A DNA stretch of 64,000 nucleotides from Auanema rhodensis (taxonomy: Eukaryota > Animalia > Nematoda): positions 22,258,001-22,322,000 of the forward strand of contig OZ059894.1 of the NCBI GenBank assembly GCA_964057225.1, in the 5' to 3' direction. Position 1 is the stretch's first letter. Each line of letters starts with the position of its first letter. This document shows positions 25,101-38,400 of the stretch, piece by piece. The notes under the pieces are model-generated. The model was not told the origin of the DNA. It ran no database searches and was given only the letters and a program-made list of their open reading frames with translations. The position numbers and the translations under genes are program-made.

Positions 25101-28100
25101 GATTTTCACCCTGAAGAATTAATTTTTTCGTTGAATAACATTGTCCATCGTCTTTGCCTTGAAAAAAGGAATCTAAAAACATCTACTTTTTGCTGAATTA
25201 TTTTGAAATTTTTCGAAAAAATTTTTGTCAAAATGTTTTTGGAAGCAATTTTGAGTGTACATGGAAACTCAACATACACTAATGCATCATTTTTCAAACG
25301 ATCATAACTAATTTTTGTATTAAGCGTTTCTCAATGTAGTATAGTGCATTCGATGCGGATTTTTAAGCTGCGTCGATCTGTGTTATCAGATTTGCGCTAG
25401 CTTAAAAATGCACCGAGATATCAACTGATATAAGTTCACACTTATATCCTCGATTTTCACCCTGAAGAATTAATTTTTTCGTTGAATAACATTGTCCATC
25501 GTCTTTGCCTTGGAAAAAGGAATCTAAAAACATCTACTTTTTGCTGAATTATTCTGAAATTTTTCGAAAAAATTTTTGTCAAAATGTTTTTGGAAGCAAT
25601 GTTGAGTGTACATGGAAACTCAACATACACTAATGCATCATTTTTCAAACGATCATAACTAATTTTTGTATCAAGCGTTTCTTGATGTAGTATAGTGCAT
25701 TCGATGCGGATTTTTAAGCTGCGTCGATCTGTGTTATCAGATTTGCGCTAGCTTAAAAATGCACCGAGATATCAACTGATATAAGTTCACACTTATATCC
25801 TCGATTTTCACCCTGAAGAATTAATTTTTTCGTTGAATAACATTGTCCATCGTCTTTGCCTTAAAAAAAGGAATCTAAAAACATCTACTTTTTGCTAAAT
25901 TATTTTGAAATTTTTCGAAAAAATTTTTGTCAAAATGTTTTTGGAAGCAATGTTGAGTGTACATGGAAACTCAACATACACTAATGCATCATTTTTCAAA
26001 CGAACATAACTAATTTTTTTATCAAACGTTTCTCAATGTAGTATAGTGCATTCGATGCGGATTTTTAAGCTGCGTCGATCTGTGTTATCAGATTTGCGCT
26101 AGCTTAAAAATGCACCGAGATATCAACTGATATAAGTTCACACTTATATCCTCGATTTTCACCCTGAAGAATTAATTTTTTCGTTGAATAACATTGTCCA
26201 TCGTCTTTGCCTTGAAAAAAGGAATCTAAAAACATCTACTTTTTGCTGAATTATTTTGAAATTTTTCGAAAAAATTTTTGTCAAAATGTTTTTGGAAGCA
26301 ATTTTGAGTGTACATGGAAACTCAACATACACTAATGCATCATTTTTCAAACGATCATAACTAATTTTTGTATTAAGCGTTTCTCAATGTAGTATAGTGC
26401 ATTCGATGCGGATTCTTAAGCTGCGTCGATCTGTGTTATCAGATTTGCGCTAGCATAAAAATGCACCGAGATATCAACTGATATAAGTTTACACTTATAT
26501 CCTCGATTTTCACCCTGAAGAATTAATTTTTTCGTTGAATAACATTGTCCATCGTCTTTGCCTTGAAAAATGGAATCTAAAAACATCTACTTTTTGCTAA
26601 ATTATTTTGAAATTTTTCGAAAAAATTTTTGTCAAAATGTTTTTGGAAGCAATGTTGAGTGTACATGGAAACTCAACACACACTAATGCATCATTTTTCA
26701 AACGATCATAACTAATTTGTGTATTAAGCGTTTCTCAATGTAATATAGTGCATTCGATGCGGATTTTTAAGCTGCGTCGATCTGTGTTATCAGATTTGCG
26801 CTAGCTTAAAAATGCACCGAGATATCAACTGATATAAGTTCACACTTATATCCTCGATTTTCACCCTGAAGAATTAATTTTTTCGTTGAATAACATTGTC
26901 CATCGTCTTTGCCTTAAAAAAAGGAATCTAAAAACATCTACTTTTTGCTAAATTATTTTGAAATTTTTCGAAAAAATTTTTGTCAAAATGTTTTTGGAAG
27001 CAATGTTGAGTGTACATGGAAACTCAACATACACTAATGCATCATTTTTCAAACGATCATAACTAATTTTTGTATCAAACGTTTCTCAATGTAGTATAGT
27101 GCATTCGATGCGGATTTCTAAGCTGCGTCGATCTGTGTTATCAGATTTGCGCTAGCTTAAAAATGCACCGAGATATCAACTGATATAAGTTCACACTTAT
27201 ATCCTCGATTTTCACCCTGAAGAATTAATTTTTTCGTTGAATAACATTGTCCATCGTCTTTGCCTTGGAAAAAGGAATCTAAAAACATCTACTTTTTGCT
27301 GAATTATTCTGAAATTTTTCGAAAAAATTTTTGTCAAAATGTTTTTGGAAGCAATTTTGAGTGTACATGGAAACTCAACATACACTAATGCATCATTTTT
27401 CAAACGATCATAACTAATTTTTGTATTAAGCGTTTCTCAATGTAGTATAGTGCATTCGATGCGGATTTTTAAGCTGCGTCGATCTGTGTTATCAGATTTG
27501 CGCTAGCTTAAAAATGCACCGAGATATCAACTGATATAAGTTCACACTTATATCCTCGATTTTCACCCTGAAGAATTAATTTTTTCGTTGAATAACATTG
27601 TCCATCGTCTTTGCCTTGGAAAAAGGAATCTAAAAACATCTACTTTTTGCTGAATTATTCTGAAATTTTTCGAAAAAATTTTTGTCAAAATGTTTTTGGA
27701 AGCAATGTTGAGTGTACATGGAAACTCAACATACACTAATGCATCATTTTTCAAACGATCATAACTAATTTTTGTATCAAGCGTTTCTTGATGTAGTATA
27801 GTGCATTCGATGCGGATTTTTAAGCTGCGTCGATCTGTGTTATCAGATTTGCGCTAGCTTAAAAATGCACCGAGATATCAACTGATATAAGTTCACACTT
27901 ATATCCTCGATTTTCACCCTGAAGAATTAATTTTTTCGTTGAATAACATTGTCCATCGTCTTTGCCTTAAAAAAAGGAATCTAAAAACATCTACTTTTTG
28001 CTAAATTATTTTGAAATTTTTCGAAAAAATTTTTGTCAAAATGTTTTTGGAAGCAATGTTGAGTGTACATGGAAACTCAACATACACTAATGCATCATTT

Positions 28101-29450
28101 TTCAAACGAACATAACTAATTTTTTTATCAAACGTTTCTCAATGTAGTATAGTGCATTCGATGCGGATTTTTAAGCTGCGTCGATCTGTGTTATCAGATT
28201 TGCGCTAGCTTAAAAATGCACCGAGATATCAACTGATATAAGTTCACACTTATATCCTCGATTTTCACCCTGAAGAATTAATTTTTTCGTTGAATAACAT
28301 TGTCCATCGTCTTTGCCTTGAAAAAAGGAATCTAAAAACATCTACTTTTTGCTGAATTATTTTGAAATTTTTCGAAAAAATTTTTGTCAAAATGTTTTTG
28401 GAAGCAATTTTGAGTGTACATGGAAACTCAACATACACTAATGCATCATTTTTCAAACGATCATAACTAATTTTTGTATTAAGCGTTTCTCAATGTAGTA
28501 TAGTGCATTCGATGCGGATTCTTAAGCTGCGTCGATCTGTGTTATCAGATTTGCGCTAGCATAAAAATGCACCGAGATATCAACTGATATAAGTTTACAC
28601 TTATATCCTCGATTTTCACCCTGAAGAATTAATTTTTTCGTTGAATAACATTGTCCATCGTCTTTGCCTTGAAAAATGGAATCTAAAAACATCTACTTTT
28701 TGCTAAATTATTTTGAAATTTTTCGAAAAAATTTTTGTCAAAATGTTTTTGGAAGCAATGTTGAGTGTACATGGAAACTCAACACACACTAATGCATCAT
28801 TTTTCAAACGATCATAACTAATTTGTGTATTAAGCGTTTCTCAATGTAATATAGTGCATTCGATGCGGATTTTTAAGCTGCGTCGATCTGTGTTATCAGA
28901 TTTGCGCTAGCTTAAAAATGCACCGAGATATCAACTGATATAAGTTCACACTTATATCCTCGATTTTCACCCTGAAGAATTAATTTTTTCGTTGAATAAC
29001 ATTGTCCATCGTCTTTGCCTTAAAAAAAGGAATCTAAAAACATCTACTTTTTGCTAAATTATTTTGAAATTTTTCGAAAAAATTTTTGTCAAAATGTTTT
29101 TGGAAGCAATGTTGAGTGTACATGGAAACTCAACATACACTAATGCATCATTTTTCAAACGATCATAACTAATTTTTGTATCAAACGTTTCTCAATGTAG
29201 TATAGTGCATTCGATGCGGATTTCTAAGCTGCGTCGATCTGTGTTATCAGATTTGCGCTAGCTTAAAAATGCACCGAGATATCAACTGATATAAGTTCAC
29301 ACTTATATCCTCGATTTTCACCCTGAAGAATTAATTTTTTCGTTGAATAACATTGTCCATCGTCTTTGCCTTGGAAAAAGGAATCTAAAAACATCTACTT
29401 TTTGCTGAATTATTCTGAAATTTTTCGAAAAAATTTTTGTCAAAATGTTT
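22150..29450. repeat. 7-monomer unit duplicated, followed by a 6-monomer derivative
   Basis: gattCtt at about 23958, 26415 and 28521 (spacing 2457, 2106). gtaAtat at about 24286, 26743 and 28849. atttCtaag at about 27118 and 29224. Confidence 0.88.
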
Positions 29451-32400
29451 TTGGAAGCAATGTTGAGTGTACATGGAAACTCAACATACACTAATGCATC
29501 ATTTTTCAAACGATCATAACTAATTTTTGTATTAAGCGTTTCTCAATGTAGTATAGTGCATTCGATGCGGATTTTTAAGCTGCGTCGATCTGTGTTATCA
29601 GATTTGCGCTAGCTTAAAAATGCACCGAGATATCAACTGATATAAGTTCACACTTATATCCTCGATTTTCACCCTGAAGAATTAATTTTTTCGTTGAATA
29701 ACATTGTCCATCGTCTTTGCCTTGGAAAAAGGAATCTAAAAACATCTACTTTTTGCTGAATTATTCTGAAATTTTTCGAAAAAATTTTTGTCAAAATGTT
29801 TTTGGAAGCAATGTTGAGTGTACATGGAAACTCAACATACACTAATGCATCATTTTTCAAACGATCATAACTAATTTTTGTATTAAGCGTTTCTCAATGT
29901 AGTATAGTGCATTCGATGCGGATTTTTAAGCTGCGTCGATCTGTGTTATCAGATTTGCGCTAGCTTAAAAATGCACCGAGATATCAACTGATATAAGTTT
30001 ACACTTATATCCTCGATTTTCACCCTGAAGAATTAATTTTTTCGTTGAATAACATTGTCCATCGTCTTTGCCTTGAAAAATGGAATCTAAAAACATCTAC
30101 TTTTTGCTAAATTATTTTGAAATTTTTCGAAAAAATTTTTGTCAAAATGTTTTTGGAAGCAATGTTGAGTGTACATGGAAACTCAACACACACTAATGCA
30201 TCATTTTTCAAACGATCATAACTAATTTGTGTATTAAGCGTTTCTCAATGTAGTATAGTGCATTCGATGCGGATTTTTAAGCTGCGTCGATCTGTGTTAT
30301 CAGATTTGCGCTAGCTTAAAAATGCACCGAGATATCAACTGATATAAGTTCACACTTATATCCTCGATTTTCACCCTGAAGATTTAATTTTTTCGTTGAA
30401 TAACATTGTCCATCGTCTTTGCCTTGGAAAAAGGAATCTAAAAACATCTACTTTTTGCTGAATTATTCTGAAATTTTTCGAAAAAATTTTTGTCAAAATG
30501 TTTTTGGAAGCAATGTTGAGTGTACATGGAAACTCAACATACACTAATGCATCATTTTTCAAACGATCATAACTAATTTTTGTATTAAGCGTTTCTCAAT
30601 GTAGTATAGTGCATTCGATGCGGATTTTTAAGCTGCGTCGATCTGTGTTATCAGATTTGCGCTAGCTTAAAAATGCACCGAGATATCAACTGATATAAGT
30701 TTACACTTATATCCTCGATTTTCACCCTGAAGAATTAATTTTTTCGTTGAATAACATTGTCCATCGTCTTTGCCTTGAAAAATGGAATCTAAAAACATCT
30801 ACTTTTTGCTAAATTATTTTGAAATTTTTCGAAAAAATTTTTGTCAAAATGTTTTTGGAAGCAATGTTGAGTGTACATGGAAACTCAACACACACTAATG
30901 CATCATTTTTCAAACGATCATAACTAATTTGTGTATTAAGCGTTTCTCAATGTAGTATAGTGCATTCGATGCGGATTTTTAAGCTGCGTCGATCTGTGTT
31001 ATCAGATTTGCGCTAGCTTAAAAATGCACCGAGATATCAACTGATATAAGTTCACACTTATATCCTCGATTTTCACCCTGAAGAATTAATTTTTTCGTTG
31101 AATAACATTGTCTATCGTCTTTGCCTTAAAAAAAGGAATCTAAAAACATCTACTTTTTGCTAAATTATTTTGAAATTTTTCGAAAAAATTTTTGTCAAAA
31201 TGTTTTTGGAAGCAATGTTGAGTGTACATGGAAACTCAACATACACTAATGCATCATTTTTCAAACGATCATAACTAATTTTTGTATCAAACGTTTCTCA
31301 ATGTAGTATAGTGCATTCGATGCGGATTTTTAAGCTGCGTCGATCTGTGTTATCAGATTTGCGCTAGCTTAAAAATGCACCGAGATATCAACTGATATAA
31401 GTTCACACTTATATCCTCGATTTTCACCCTGAAGAATTAATTTTTTCGTTGAATAACATTGTCCATCGTCTTTGCCTTGGAAAAAGGAATCTAAAAACAT
31501 CTACTTTTTGCTGAATTATTCTGAAATTTTTCGAAAAAATTTTTGTCAAAATGTTTTTGGAAGCAATGTTGAGTGTACATGGAAACTCAACATACACTAA
31601 TGCATCATTTTTCAAACGATCTTAACTAATTTTTGTATTAAGCGTTTCTCAATGTAGTATAGTGCATTCGATGCGGATTTTTAAGCTGCGTCGATCTGTG
31701 TTATCAGATTTGCGCTAGCTTAAAAATGCACCGAGATATCAACTGATATAAGTTTACACTTATATCCTCGATTTTCACCCTGAAGAATTAATTTTTTCGT
31801 TGAATAACATTGTCCATCGTCTTTGCCTTGAAAAATGGAATCTAAAAACATCTACTTTTTGCTAAATTATTTTGAAATTTTTCGAAAAAATTTTTGTCAA
31901 AATGTTTTTGGAAGCAATGTTGAGTGTACATGGAAACTCAACACACACTAATGCATCATTTTTCAAACGATCATAACTAATTTGTGTATTAAGCGTTTCT
32001 CAATGTAGTATAGTGCATTCGATGCGGATTTTTAAGCTGCGTCGATCTGTGTTATCAGATTTGCGCTAGCTTAAAAATGCACCGAGATATCAACTGATAT
32101 AAGTTTACACTTATATCCTCGATTTTCACCCTGAAGAATTAATTTTTTCGTTGAATAACATTGTCCATCGTCTTTGCCTTGAAAAAAGAAATCTAAAAAC
32201 ATCTACTTTTTGCTAAATTATTTTGAAATTTTTCGAAAAAATTTTTGTCAAAATGTTTTTGGAAGCAATGTTGAGTGTACATGGAAACTCAACATACACT
32301 AATGCATCATTTTTCAAACGATCATAACTAATTTTTGTATCAAGCGTTTCTTGATGTAGTATAGTGCATTCGATGCGGATTTTTAAGCTGCGTCGATCTG

Positions 32401-35400
32401 TGTTATCAGATTTGCGCTAGCTTAAAAATGCACCGAGATATCAACTGATATAAGTTCACACTTATATCCTCGATTTTCACCCTGAAGAATTAATTTTTTC
32501 GTTGAATAACATTGTCCATCGTCTTTGCCTTGAAAAATGGAATCTAAAAACATCTACTTTTTGCTAAATTATTTTGAAATTTTTCGAAAAAATTTTTGTC
32601 AAAATGTTTTTGGAAGCAATGTTGAGTGTACATGGAAACTCAACACACACTAATGCATCATTTTTCAAACGATCATAACTAATTTGTGTATTAAGCGTTT
32701 CTCAATGTAGTATAGTGCATTCGATGCGGATTTTTAAGCTGCGTCGATCTGTGTTATCAAATTTGCGCTAGCTTAAAAATGCACCGAGATATCAACTGAT
32801 ATAAGTTCACACTTATATCCTCGATTTTCACCCTGAAGAATTAATTTTTTCGTTGAATAACATTGTCCATCGTCTTTGCCTTGGAAAAAGGAATCTAAAA
32901 ACATCTACTTTTTGCTGAATTATTCTGAAATTTTTCGAAAAAATTTTTGTCAAAATGTTTTTGGAAGCAATGTTGAGTGTACATGGAAACTCAACATACA
33001 CTAATGCATCATTTTTCAAACGATCATAACTAATTTTTGTATTAAGCGTTTCTCAATGTAGTATAGTGCATTCGATGCGGATTTTTAAGCTGCGTCGATC
33101 TGTGTTATCAGATTTGCGCTAGCTTAAAAATGCACCGAGATATCAACTGATATAAGTTTACACTTATATCCTCGATTTTCACCCTGAAGAATTAATTTTT
33201 TCGTTGAATAACATTGTCCATCGTCTTTGCCTTGAAAAATGGAATCTAAAAACATCTACTTTTTGCTAAATTATTTTGAAATTTTTCGAAAAAATTTTTG
33301 TCAAAATGTTTTTGGAAGCAATGTTGAGTGTACATGGAAACTCAACACACACTAATGCATCATTTTTCAAACGATCATAACTAATTTGTGTATTAAGCGT
33401 TTCTCAATGTAGTATAGTGCATTCGATGCGGATTTTTAAGCTGCGTCGATCTGTGTTATCAGATTTGCGCTAGCTTAAAAATGCACCGAGATATCAACTG
33501 ATATAAGTTTACACTTATATCCTCGATTTTCACCCTGAAGAATTAATTTTTTCGTTGAATAACATTGTCCATCGTCTTTGCCTTGAAAAAAGAAATCTAA
33601 AAACATCTACTTTTTGCTAAATTATTTTGAAATTTTTCGAAAAAATTTTTGTCAAAATGTTTTTGGAAGCAATGTTGAGTGTACATGGAAACTCAACATA
33701 CACTAATGCATCATTTTTCAAACGATCATAACTAATTTTTGTATCAAGCGTTTCTTGATGTAGTATAGTGCATTCGATGCGGATTTTTAAGCTGCGTCGA
33801 TCTGTGTTATCAGATTTGCGCTAGCTTAAAAATGCACCGAGATATCAACTGATATAAGTTCACACTTATATCCTCGATTTTCACCCTGAAGAATTAATTT
33901 TTTCGTTGAATAACATTGTCCATCGTCTTTGCCTTGAAAAATGGAATCTAAAAACATCTACTTTTTGCTAAATTATTTTGAAATTTTTCGAAAAAATTTT
34001 TGTCAAAATGTTTTTGGAAGCAATGTTGAGTGTACATGGAAACTCAACACACACTAATGCATCATTTTTCAAACGATCATAACTAATTTGTGTATTAAGC
34101 GTTTCTCAATGTAGTATAGTGCATTCGATGCGGATTTTTAAGCTGCGTCGATCTGTGTTATCAGATTTGCGCTAGCTTAAAAATGCACCGAGATATCAAC
34201 TGATATAAGTTCACACTTATATCCTCGATTTTCACCCTGAAGAATTAATTTTTTCGTTGAATAACATTGTCCATCGTCTTTGCCTTAAAAAAAGGAATCT
34301 AAAAACATCTACTTTTTGCTAAATTATTTTGAAATTTTTCGAAAAAATTTTTGTCAAAATGTTTTTGGAAGCAATGTTGAGTGTACATGGAAACTCAACA
34401 TACACTAATGCATCATTTTTCAAACGATCATAACTAATTTTTGTATCAAACGTTTCTCAATGTAGTATAGTGCATTCGATGCGGATTTTTAAGCTGCGTC
34501 GATCTGTGTTATCAGATTTGCGCTAGCTTAAAAATGCACCGAGATATCAACTGATATAAGTTCACACTTATATCCTCGATTTTCACCCTGAAGAATTAAT
34601 TTTTTCGTTGAATAACATTGTCCATCGTCTTTGCCTTGGAAAAAGGAATCTAAAAACATCTACTTTTTGCTGAATTATTCTGAAATTTTTCGAAAAAATT
34701 TTTGTCAAAATGTTTTTGGAAGCAATGTTGAGTGTACATGGAAACTCAACATACACTAATGCATCATTTTTCAAACGATCATAACTAATTTTTGTATTAA
34801 GCGTTTCTCAATGTAGTATAGTGCATTCGATGCGGATTTTTAAGCTGCGTCGATCTGTGTTATCAGATTTGCGCTAGCTTAAAAATGCACCGAGATATCA
34901 ACTGATATAAGTTTACACTTATATCCTCGATTTTCACCCTGAAGAATTAATTTTTTCGTTGAATAACATTGTCCATCGTCTTTGCCTTGAAAAATGGAAT
35001 CTAAAAACATCTACTTTTTGCTAAATTATCTTGAAATTTTTCGAAAAAATTTTTGTCAAAATGTTTTTGGAAGCAATGTTGAGTGTACATGGAAACTCAA
35101 CATACACTAATGCATCATTTTTCAAACGATCATAACTAATTTTTGTATCAAACGTTTCTCAATGTAGTATAGTGCATTCGATGCGGATTTTTAAGCTGCG
35201 TCGATCTGTGTTATCAGATTTGCGCTAGCTTAAAAATGCACCGAGATATCAACTTATATAAGTTCACACTTATATCCTCGATTTTCACCCTGAAGAATTA
35301 ATTTTTTCGTTGAATAACATTGTCCATCGTCTTTGCCTTGGAAAAAGGAATCTAAAAACATCTACTTTTTGCTGAATTATTCTGAAATTTTTCGAAAAAA

Positions 35401-38400
35401 TTTTTGTCAAAATGTTTTTGGAAGCAATGTTGAGTGTACATGGAAACTCAACATACACTAATGCATCATTTTTCAAACGATCATAACTAATTTTTGTATT
35501 AAGCGTTTCTCAATGTAGTATAGTGCATTCGATGCGGATTTTTAAGCTGCGTCGATCTGTGTTATCAGATTTGCGCTAGCTTAAAAATGCACCGAGATAT
35601 CAACTGATATAAGTTCACACTTATATCCTCGATTTTCACCCTGAAGAATTAATTTTTTCGTTGAATAACATTGTCCATCGTCTTTGCCTCAAAAAAAGGA
35701 ATCTAAAAACATCTACTTTTTGCTAAATTATTTTGAAATTTTTCGAAAAAATTTTTGTCAAAATGTTTTTGGAAGCAATGTTGAGTGTACATGGAAACTC
35801 AACATACACTAATGCATCATTTTTCAAACGATCATAACTAATTTTTGTATCAAACGTTTCTCAATGTAGTATAGTGCATTCGATGCGGATTTTTAAGCTG
35901 CGTCGATCTGTGTTATCAGATTTGCGCTAGCTTAAAAATGCACCGAGATATCAACTGATATAAGTTCACACTTATATCCTCGATTTTCACCCTGAAGAAT
36001 TAATTTTTTCGTTGAATAACATTGTCCATCGTCTTTGCCTTGAAAAATGGAATCTAAAAACATCTACTTTTTGCTAAATTATTTTGAAATTTTTCGAAAA
36101 AATTTTTGTCAAAATGTTTTTGGAAGCAATGTTGAGTGTACATGGAAACTCAACACACACTAATGCATCATTTTTCAAACGATCATAACTAATTTGTGTA
36201 TTAAGCGTTTCTCAATGTAGTATAGTGCATTCGATGCGGATTTTTAAGCTGCGTCGATCTGTGTTATCAGATTTGCGCTAGCTTAAAAATGCACCGAGAT
36301 ATCAACTGATATAAGTTTACACTTATATCCTCGATTTTCACCCTGAAGAATTAATTTTTTCGTTGAATAACATTGTCCATCGTCTTTGCCTTGAAAAAAG
36401 AAATCTAAAAACATCTACTTTTTGCTAAATTATTTTGAAATTTTTCGAAAAAATTTTTGTCAAAATGTTTTTGGAAGCAATGTTGAGTGTACATGGAAAC
36501 TCAACATACACTAATGCATCATTTTTCAAACGATCATAACTAATTTTCGTATCAAGCGTTTCTTGATGTAGTATAGTGCATTCGATGCAGATTTTTAAGC
36601 TGCGTCGATCTGTGTTATCAGATTTGCGCTAGCTTAAAAATGCACCGAGATATCAACTGATATAAGTTCACACTTATATCCTCGATTTTCACCCTGAAGA
36701 ATTAATTTTTTCGTTGAATAACATTGTCCATCGTCTTTGCCTTAAAAAAAGGAATCTAAAAACATCTACTTTTTGCTGAATTATTTTGAAATTTTTCGAA
36801 AAAATTTTTGTCAAAATGTTTTTGGAAGCAATGTTGAGTGTACATGGAAACTCAACATACACTAATGCATCATTTTTCAAACGAACATAACTAATTTTTT
36901 TATCAAACGTTTCTCAATGTAGTATAGTGCATTCGATGCGGATTTTTAAGCTGCGTCGATCTGTGTTATCAGATTTGCGCTAGCTTAAAAATGCACCGAG
37001 ATATCAACTGATATAAGTTCACACTTATATCCTCGATTTTCACCCTGCAGAATTAATTTTTTCGTTGAATAACATTGTCCATCGTCTTTGCCTTGAAAAA
37101 AGGAATCTAAAAACATCTACTTTTTGCTGAATTATTTTGAAATTTTTCGAAAAAATTTTTGTCAAAATGTTTTTGGAAGCAATGTTGAGTGTACATGGAA
37201 ACTCAACATACACTAATGCATCATTTTTCAAACGATCATAACTAATTTTTGTATTAAGCGTTTCTCAATGTAGTATAGTGCATTCGATGCGGATTTTTAA
37301 GCTGCGTCGATCTGTGTTATCAGATTTGCGCTAGCTTAAAAATGCACCGAGATATCAACTGATATAAGTTCACACTTATATCCTCGATTTTCACCCTGAA
37401 GAATTAATTTTTTCGTTGAATAACATTGTCCATCGTCTTTGCCTCAAAAAAAGGAATCTAAAAACATCTACTTTTTGCTAAATTATTTTGAAATTTTTCG
37501 AAAAAATTTTTGTCAAAATGTTTTTGGAAGCAATGTTGAGTGTACATGGAAACTCAACATACACTAATGCATCATTTTTCAAACGATCATAACTAATTTT
37601 TGTATCAAACGTTTCTCAATGTAGTATAGTGCATTCGATGCGGATTTTTAAGCTGCGTCGATCTGTGTTATCAGATTTGCGCTAGCTTAAAAATGCACCG
37701 AGATATCAACTGATATAAGTTCACACTTATATCCTCGATTTTCACCCTGAAGAATTAATTTTTTCGTTGAATAACATTGTCCATCGTCTTTGCCTTGGAA
37801 AAAGGAATCTAAAAACATCTACTTTTTGCTGAATTATTCTGAAATTTTTCGAAAAAATTTTTGTCAAAATGTTTTTGGAAGCAATGTTGAGTGTACATGG
37901 AAACTCAACATACACTAATGCATCATTTTTCAAACGATCATAACTAATTTTTGTATTAAGCGTTTCTCAATGTAGTATAGTGCATTCGATGCGGATTTTT
38001 AAGCTGCGTCGATCTGTGTTATCAGATTTGCGCTAGCTTAAAAATGCACCGAGATATCAACTGATATAAGTTTACACTTATATCCTCGATTTTCACCCTG
38101 AAGAATTAATTTTTTCGTTGAATAACATTGTCCATCGTCTTTGCCTTGAAAAATGGAATCTAAAAACATCTACTTTTTGCTAAATTATTTTGAAATTTTT
38201 CGAAAAAATTTTTGTCAAAATGTTTTTGGAAGCAATGTTGAGTGTACATGGAAACTCAACACACACTAATGCATCATTTTTCAAACGATCATAACTAATT
38301 TGTGTATTAAGCGTTTCTCAATGTAGTATAGTGCATTCGATGCGGATTTTTAAGCTGCGTCGATCTGTGTTATCAGATTTGCGCTAGCTTAAAAATGCAC

